DNA of 64,000 nt from Octopus vulgaris (Eukaryota): assembly GCA_951406725.2 (NCBI GenBank), contig OX597825.1, positions 67,456,001-67,520,000 on the forward strand. Reading direction: 5' to 3'. Under the pieces are notes generated by a model. The model was not told the origin of the DNA, ran no database searches, and saw only the letters and a program-made list of their open reading frames with translations. Positions within the stretch are counted from its first letter, which is position 1; every line of letters starts with the position of its first letter. A program made the translations under genes and the position numbers. Shown one piece after another: positions 55,133 through 64,000 of this stretch.

Positions 55133-56216
55133 AAATTACAAATAATATATCTGCTGACGTAAGATAATAAGTATTATTCAGCTGCAACTTGAAATGCGAG
55201 GATGTTATAGCTGCCTAGAGGATTATTTGCTACAGGTAATGTATCGATCAAACTGGTGCATGTTTAATAGAATAAAGCGATAGACAGGAAAACAAGTGGT
55301 ATCGGGTCAGATGATAGCGTTTAAAGATTTATTCAGCGCTTAGCCAGAAACAAATGCTTCAAGGAGATTAAATCACAAGACATCAGTAAAAGTTCGATTA
55401 ACGAATGTTCATAATAGCTGCAGCATAGAATTATAAAGTGAGTCCATCGTATTAATACTACGTAATAGGTTAGAGGAGGCGTTCAAAATTTAAACCTAAT
55501 GTTAAAAGAATAGGAGGAAGTTAGATAAATCTTTACAGCTGTTTCAAAGAACATGTATATAGTTGATGTACTTCCCCGCGAGCATTTTAATGATCCACTA
55601 CTCATATATATTCATTTCCCACCGAGTCACTAAAATGGTGATTGCAAACTGATTGCAAAGACATGCACAACTAAGCATTTATTTTGAAACAGCTGTAATA
55701 TCTGTAATCTATTTTTCTTTTAGTTCTGAGTTTTATTTATGATCACTCGTCCTACCCTACTATGTAAAATCAGTACTCCGAGCTCACCAAATAGATATTC
55801 TGGAAGTCAGCAGTCAATCATCGCGATTATGATTGTTCGTTATTTTGGCATGACTTGATAAGCTTTCTCCATACTGGTCGGTTTTACGCTTGTTTTTGCC
55901 GTTCATCATGTATTCTTTGCCACTTCTTGTTCCTTTTTGCAGTATCTTTGAATCTCAGTCTAGGTCTTCCATGGTTACTTTTCCCCTTCCCTAGTTAGCA
56001 ATAAAACATTTGGACCACTGAACTCAATACGTTTATTTTATCATTCTCTATTTATTTCCCCTAATTCCTTTCCATCGAAGAGCGTAGGCTCGAAACGTAA
56101 AATGCTTTTCCATTTTATCCGAGTGTCAGACTAATACACACTTGCTTGTTGTTCCTACACACCTCTTCATCTTTGTTCTTTCTATAAATTGGAAATATAT
56201 ATATATATATACATAT

Positions 56217-56632
56217 AGGTGCAGGAGTGGCTGTGTGGTAAGTAGCTTGCTAACCAACCACATGATTCCGGGTTCAGTGCCACTGCGTGGCATCTTGGGC
56301 AAGTGTCTTCTGCTATAGCCCCGGGCCGACCAAAGCCTTGTGAGTGGATTTGGTAGACGGAAACTGAAAGAAGCCTGTCGTATATATGTATATACATATA
56401 TATGTGTGTGTGTGTTTTTGTGTCTGTGTTTGTCCCCCTAGCATTGCCTGACAACCGATGCTGGTGTGTTTACGTCCCCATCACTTAGCGGTTCGGCAAA
56501 AGAGACCGATGGAATAAGTACTGGGCTTACAAAGAATAAGTCCCGGGGTCGATTTGCTCGACTAAAGGCGGTGCTCCAGCATGGCCGCAGTCAAATGACT
56601 GAAACAAGTAAAAGAGTAAAAGAGTAAAGAGT
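56217..56632 (+). mobile_element. CORE-like tRNA SINE (near-consensus, full length)
   Basis: AGGAGTGGCTGTGTGGTAAG A box, GGTTCAGTGCC B box, CTTGGGCAAGTG, internal (TA)(TG) tract and (AAAAGAGT)n tail. Confidence 0.9.
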
Positions 56633-56724
56633 ATATATATATATCTAATAATATAGGATAGAATTTTTCGAAAAAAATTCTATCAATGGCCAGCATATTA
56701 AAAAATACCTTTAAAGGTTAAATT

Positions 56725-56887
56725 TATAAACAATATATAAGTATGGGCAAAAGAAAAAATGTTCTAATGCCTAAATATGCCGAAAAAAGGCACGTGATTG
56801 TAGTGGTTATTGAGGTAGTGTCTTTTTTCGGCATATTTAGGCATTAGAAATTTTTTTTCTTTTGCCCTTACTTATAAATTGTTTATA
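56725..56887. repeat. Inverted repeat (~69-bp arms, 24-bp spacer) between (TA)n tracts
   Basis: TATAAACAAT..GCCTAAATATGCCGAAAAAAGGCAC pairs with GTGTCTTTTTTCGGCATATTTAGGC..ATTGTTTATA. Confidence 0.85.
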
Positions 56888-57224
56888 TATATATATATAT
56901 ACACGCACACACATGTATATATGGGTACAGGACGTCACCGACGGTTCAAATAACGTGAAATACGTAAACAACGAGGAAAAATGGAAAACAGGACAAGTAA
57001 ACACAGAGAAAGGACCTGTCATCAGTTGTTGGCTGTCTATCTACTTCTCATTTCGGGCATTCTATGACAATATGAGCCTTCAAAGACAGTTGGTCCCATA
57101 AAGTTTAAAATAAAATTTAGGATATATATATGTGTGTGTGTGTCAGTGTATGTGGGTGTGTATGTGTTTGTGTGTGTGCATGTGTGTGTGCACAAATTTC
57201 CAAAGACACACATGCATATAAATA

Positions 57225-57435
57225 TTGGTTTCAAATTTTAGCACAAGGACAGCGAATTCGGAGGGGCTAGTCGATTACATCGACCCCAGTGCTCTACTGG
57301 TATATATTTTTATCGATCCCGAATGGGAAGAAAGGCAAAGCCGGCCCTGGTAGAATTTGAACTTAGAAGGTAAAGACTGACGAAATGCCGATAAGCATTT
57401 TGCCCGACGTGGTAACGATTCTGCCTACTCGCGGC
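57225..57435 (-). mobile_element. Nin/Deu-domain SINE (diverged)
   Basis: GTCGATTACATCGACCCCAGT..TTTATCGATCCCGAA..AACGATTCTGCC. Confidence 0.75.
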
Positions 57436-57578
57436 CCCTTTTCCATATTAATATGAATATAGGCAGCCGAATGTTAAGCCGAAGATTCGAAATCACCACC
57501 AACATTCCCTTGCATATATATGCGTGTGAGTGTGTGTGTGTATATCAACGAGTGTATATGCACATATGGACGCTTGCG

Positions 57579-57642
<64 letters not shown>

Positions 57643-57808
57643 CTCCTTGTTTCTCTTCTTCCTTTTTGTGTGTATATTTCTGTCGAAGAGGGTTGGCTCG
57701 AAACGTAAAAGACTTTTTCTATTTCTATTCCTGAGCGCTATACTAATACATTTGTTTGTTTGTACTCCACTTGCCTTCGTGTTTTGTTTATTTACGTAAA
57801 TTTTCCCG

Positions 57809-57851
<43 letters not shown>

Positions 57852-58184
57852 CCTGAGTGAGTATGGGTGTCTGGTTGTGTACATATAATTACATACTATC
57901 CGAGATATATACATAAATATATTTATATAAGATATGTAAGGTGCACAAGTATATGTAAGTGTAAAACAATGGGTTAACAACAGAAACACAATCTGCAATG
58001 ACATTTTAATGAAATTAATTAATCTCCTGGTAAAAGCAATTAAATTATAGACGGAAATATTAATTTCTGCATTATATACTCCCATATTTCATGCAGTGTT
58101 CCATAAAGTTCCCATATATATATATATATATATACACACACATTATATGTGTGAGTGCATGTATATAAATATACATATATATGT

Positions 58185-58260
<76 letters not shown>

Positions 58261-58838
58261 ATATTAACATGTCCACATATACGCATGTATACTCCTTCAA
58301 TGAAGATTATTTACTAAACCTGCAAAATGATGTGGACATTAATGGCTGCTTCCATAATTTAATTAATATTGTCGAGAGATTGTTTTCGATGAATTTTTTT
58401 GTTTTTCAAAATTAAACAAAAGCCAATATGTTGTAAAACCAACATTTTTATTTTGGGTCTCTCACCTATATATATATTGTTAGTTGACTTAACGTGCAGA
58501 TCTATTATCATTAATGCAAAACTACATTAGCAGTAATTTTTTATACTCTTTTCAGCTGTACAGCGAATGATTTACTTACTACCGCTGATTTTCAAAAAAA
58601 CAACATAACATAAAATAAACAGTGTATCCCATGATGCTCTAAATTCGTTCTGTTAATGGTGAAAATCACAGTTTCAGAAATATTAATTATCTGGTAGAAG
58701 AAAATGATATTTATTCTATGCACGTACATTGTTATGCCTGCATATACATATTACATATGTCTGAGACACACACACGTGTGTGTCCGAGTATGCGTTATAA
58801 ACATGTGTGTGTATGTATATATACATACACACACACAC

Positions 58839-58898
<60 letters not shown>

Positions 58899-58903
58899 TA
58901 CAT

Positions 58904-59436
58904 TTCAACACAAGAGATGGCCATAACAGGACATCTGACCCGCTAGAAAGAGTAGTGTTAAACTCAAAACAACTATTAGAGGTAATTTCGAAAGGGAATG
59001 AAAAATAAAAACCATTTACCCTCTATTTCCGGTACCATGGTTTCAAGCTATCTTCAGCAAATAAAATAATTTACCAGGCGAAGATATAATGATTTTTGGC
59101 TAATTTTGGAAGAAAGTCGGCATTTTCTGTATTTGCCACGGATAAAAAAACCGCGCTTGTGCGGTGGATTTTCAAAAATTATAACATGTACACACGAGGC
59201 ATGTTCTGTATCGCCTCGTCTTTATATGCTAATCTTGGCTTTCCTGCTGATGAGAGCCTCACCTAGTAAATTATTTTATTTGGTGAAGATAAATTGAAAA
59301 CATGGTACAAGAAATAGAGGGTAAATGATTTTATTTTTCATTCCCTTTCGAAATTACTCCTAATAGTGGTTTGTAGTTTAACTACTACTTCTAGCGGGTT
59401 AGATCTCTTGTTATGGCCATTTCTTATGTGTTTGAA
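58904..59436. repeat. Old diverged fold-back (~175-bp arms) with hammerhead-like motif
   Basis: Arms at 58904-59080 and 59256-59436. Minus strand at 59029-59060 reads ttg-CTGAAGA-tagctt-GAAA-ccatgg-TA. Confidence 0.7.
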
Positions 59437-59548
59437 TTCACACTGAATTTTTATATGAATAATATATAGTCTATTGACTAGTTTTTTCTTCTCGCTAGAC
59501 CACTGGTAGCAAAGAAATTTTCTACAATTTTTGCTACACTGGAATTCA

Positions 59549-60170
<622 letters not shown>

Positions 60171-60388
60171 TATGTATATGTATATATACATATATATGTA
60201 TATATTATATATGTATGTATGTAAGTATATGATACTCATAGCTATAATATGTGCGTAAATATGTTTTCAAGTATCAGCAACTTCATTTCCATGATACTTC
60301 GCTTTCACGAAATCTACTAGATTTATAATACGTAAGTAGTCACAAAATAAAAACTTACGCCCCCACAAGCACACACATACATATATAC

Positions 60389-60467
<79 letters not shown>

Positions 60468-61002
60468 CATATGTGTGTGTTTGTATCTGTGCGCAGTGAG
60501 TCAACGTAAAGCCTACATGTGGTCACTGAATATACCAGACTTAGCAGTCAGATCTCACTTGAACCACCCTGTCATTGATTCTTCAGAATATGAACTATGA
60601 TATATCATTTGATCAGGTCTCATCTAGCACCGAATGGCAACACATGTCTCGCGTTCAAATGTAGCTGTGTGCATGTGAGTATATTTATATGTGTATACAA
60701 CACACACGCGCACACACATACAGACACACAAACATAAGTATATAGATATAGGGAGAAAGAGAGATAGGGAGAGAGAGAGAGAGAGAAATGAAAGAAAATG
60801 GAATAAACGACATTCTTTAAACACTACAATTGTTTCGAGACATTCGTACACCTGTGATACATAGGTGTAGTGTTGTGCAATCATTATTTTACATCCAATG
60901 TGTATAATGCTCCTCCTCAGGTGATTGCTGAAATGACTTCTTCTTCAGGACCGTCTGCTATTCTACTCTTTTGTAATGTATAGCCCGAGTGATATATATA
61001 TA

Positions 61003-61056
<54 letters not shown>

Positions 61057-62017
61057 TATCAATATGTATATGTATGAATGTATACATATGTATGAACATA
61101 TACATATATGCATGGGTTTCTCTGTTGTATGTGTGTGTGACTTCGTTACACGCGCCGACGAATTTTTAAGCTCATATGCAGAGAGTTAAACTATTATTTA
61201 AGAAATAGACAGAGACAGACAGACAGGCAGTCCGACGGATAGACAGACAGAAAGAGAGAGAGAAGAGGAGGAGAGTGACTTGAAATACAGGTAAGAAGAT
61301 GATTCTGTTTAGCATAATTTTATCATTAATTACGACTGATTCATTACCACTCCGTTTCTAACTTAATTGCACGTAAACGGTTCGGCATGTAAAATTACAC
61401 AATACATGCTTATTGATTATGCTGGAGATGTACTTCTTCAGACTAGCAAGCATCAAGCGGTGTAATTTTACATTGTGAAACGCCCGTGTATTTTATGTTA
61501 CATTGAAAATTGACGAAACATAGAAGTAGTTATAAAATAAGAATATAAACGAGGAATGAAAACAGTTGTAATCAAGTGAAGAACAGCGACACCAACACCT
61601 AGCAAAAATAATGATTAAAAATACTCAAGTACAGGACATCACCAGCTAGTGATAAATACGTAAACACACAGCGATAAGTAGAGGACAAATACAAAAAAAT
61701 ACATATTAAGCACAGGAAGTCACCAACGCGTGAAAAATACGTAAACATACAGTGATAAGTACAGGACAGAATACTACAGGAGGTTTAACCTCTCCTCAGT
61801 TGTTAACTGTTTATTAATTCATGTTTCGAGCTTTCAATGACAATGATAATACTTGCATTATTAATAAAAGTGATATTAGAGGTAAGAGCAGCATAGATAT
61901 ACATATTGGTGATAAAAAGGTCACAGTAAATTACAAACATATTAGATTGAGAAGAAAGTCCTGTTACATTTCAAGATGGGAATCACGCAAATGTATTTGC
62001 GGTCTTAATTGATATAT

Positions 62018-62245
62018 TTAATCAAGATAATATTTCTCTTTCGTTATTGATAACATGATAACATAATCCCTTCTATTTGGCAAATTATTGATCACACGGG
62101 CGTAAAATTCCTTAGATTTCGAAGTAGAGAATAACTCGATATCATTTTTAATCTCATCGCAATTAATAAAATAGTTTCCTTCGAAATAATGTCGCAATGA
62201 TGTGAAAAGCTGATAGTCAGGCGAATAAGGAGAATGAAGCTTTTT
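62018..62245 (-). pseudogene. Mariner transposase C-terminal fragment
   Basis: HSPYSPDYQLFTSLRHYFEG...SKSKEFYARVINNLPNR. Confidence 0.75.
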
Positions 62246-62378
62246 CATACACACACGTGTGTGTGTGCGCGCGCACGTGTGTGTGCGCGCACGTGTGTGT
62301 GCGTGTGTGTGTATGTATGATCGTATGTATGAATGTGTACGTGTGTGTGTGTTTATATATATATATACATATACATAT

Positions 62379-62425
<47 letters not shown>

Positions 62426-62426
<1 letters not shown>

Positions 62427-62807
62427 TAGCAGTATCGCCCGGCGTTGCTCGGGTTTGTAAAGGAAATAACTATATAACCATTTTTAGAGAGTTATAGCCA
62501 AAAAATGCATTAAAAATGGAAAAAAATTATGGTAATTTTTTTTAAATCGTTGACTCATCGTAGACATTTTTAGAGAGTTACTTCCTTATATAATAGCGAA
62601 AAATGCATTAAAATGGAAAAAAATTATGGTAAATTTTTTTATAAATCGTAGACTCATCGTAGACGCGCGCTAATACCCAGAAGGGCTCGATATGAATCAC
62701 GACTATAAGATACCCGGTTTTGGTTAAACTGCACCGCAAAATGTGGGAGTAGTTAGGAATCTAAATCGTAGGAGACAGACACACAACTTGACTTTTATAT
62801 ATAAAGA
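62426..62807 (-). mobile_element. Non-autonomous Helitron (second copy)
   Basis: 5' A|TC and 3' CCCGAGCAACGCCGGG..CTAG|T. Highly similar to 9626-9998. Confidence 0.82.
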
Positions 62808-62867
62808 TATGGACATATAAGGTAATTCAAATAGATAAGGAGAATTTTACAGTTATGCATTTTTTAT

Positions 62868-63065
62868 TACTCTTTTACTTGTTTCAGTCATTTGACTGCG
62901 GCCATGCTCGATCACCACGTTTAGTAGAGCAAATCGACCCAAGGAATTATTCTTTGTAAGCTTAGTACATATTCTATCGGTCCCTTTTGCCGAACCTCTA
63001 AATTACGGGGACGTAAATACAACACCATCGGTTGTCAAGCGATGTTGGGTGGGACAGACACAGAC
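62868..63065 (-). mobile_element. CORE-like SINE 3' half
   Basis: TACTCTTTTACTTGTTTCAGTCATTTGACTGCGGCCATGCT... ending in (CA)n. Confidence 0.8.
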
Positions 63066-63070
63066 ACACA

Positions 63071-63169
<99 letters not shown>

Positions 63170-63551
63170 GTATATATCAGTGGTATCAGTGACGTCACGA
63201 CTAATTTCTGCAGTTGAGTGAACTGAAGGAAAGTGAAATAAAGTGTCTTGATCAAGAACACTTCACACAACCAGGTCCGGGAATCGAACTCACTACCTCA
63301 TTATCGTGAGCCCAACGCACTAACCGCTGATTCATTCACCTTCAGACACAAGAAAAACACATATGTGTATATATACATATACATACCTTGTTTGAACCCT
63401 TGAACCTTCTTGAATCTTCTACATTCAACCATTTTTGACGTCACTGCTTATAACGGAATATTTTAAAGAAATACTCATTATCGCTATGGGCTCCGTGTGG
63501 GCAGTCATCTAAAAGTTTTTGTTCATCTTGATGCTGACATAAGTTCCTTGT

Positions 63552-63634
63552 TTTTCCTGATGAAAAGGCGGCATCATGCACCCCTTATTCCTTCGAAATT
63601 AGGAATATGCAGCATTCGAAACATATGTCGAGAA
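63552..63634 (+). ncRNA. Type I hammerhead ribozyme in a pLTR-like element (about 63430-63828)
   Basis: ttttc-CTGATGA-aaaggcggcat...atgcagcattc-GAAA-catatg-TC-gagaa, with a GUC cleavage triplet. Confidence 0.75.
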
Positions 63635-63824
63635 TAAAGGAATTTTGTTAATTCGTCGTTCAACTCCATTCTTTCATTTATTTGTATTTAAAAAAAGCAC
63701 ACAAATTTCCACACGAAAGCACGTGATCTCTGCCGTTGGCATGTAGCTTCAACCGTGTTTTTCTGACGTGAATTTGCTACCCAGGTTAACCGAATTATCC
63801 ATAATAAGATAATTCATTCAACTA

Positions 63825-63875
<51 letters not shown>

Positions 63876-63879
63876 AATG

Positions 63880-64000
63880 CACCCTTTTAAAGCCTAGCCA
63901 GGCTCATGGGCCCGGTTTCCCGGTTTCTATGGCGCATGTGTTCCCCAGCTGGACGGGACGCCAGTCCGTCGCAGCGTTACTCATTTTTGCCAGCTGAGTG
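63880..64000 (-). mobile_element. OR-like SINE tail (runs off window)
   Basis: Reverse complement of the tail seen at 6320-6410 and 60050-60165. Confidence 0.8.

Overview
AT-rich, repeat-saturated eukaryotic genomic DNA with no host exon that I can support, so it is probably intronic or intergenic. The SINE families and the very high (TA)n/(CA)n/(GATA)n content suggest a coleoid cephalopod (Octopus-like); this is an inference. The only long intact ORF is a 5'-truncated RTE-clade LINE (10138-12369). It has a PHD-type finger inserted after the RT core and a ~61-bp tandem array in its 3' UTR. Other elements are CR1 and Jockey/CR1-like LINE fragments, a Penelope-like element (RT C-terminus plus GIY-YIG), mariner, hAT and Helitron remnants, MITEs and three tRNA-derived SINE families. 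The most striking hidden layer is about 15 minimal type I hammerhead ribozyme motifs (CUGANGA...GAAA...UH) from several sequence families. Many lie in short fold-back (palindromic) Penelope pseudo-LTR insertions embedded in (TA)n tracts, and one family is directly linked to the GIY-YIG Penelope-like ORF at 53-54 kb. Most ORFs in the supplied track are microsatellite or SINE artefacts.
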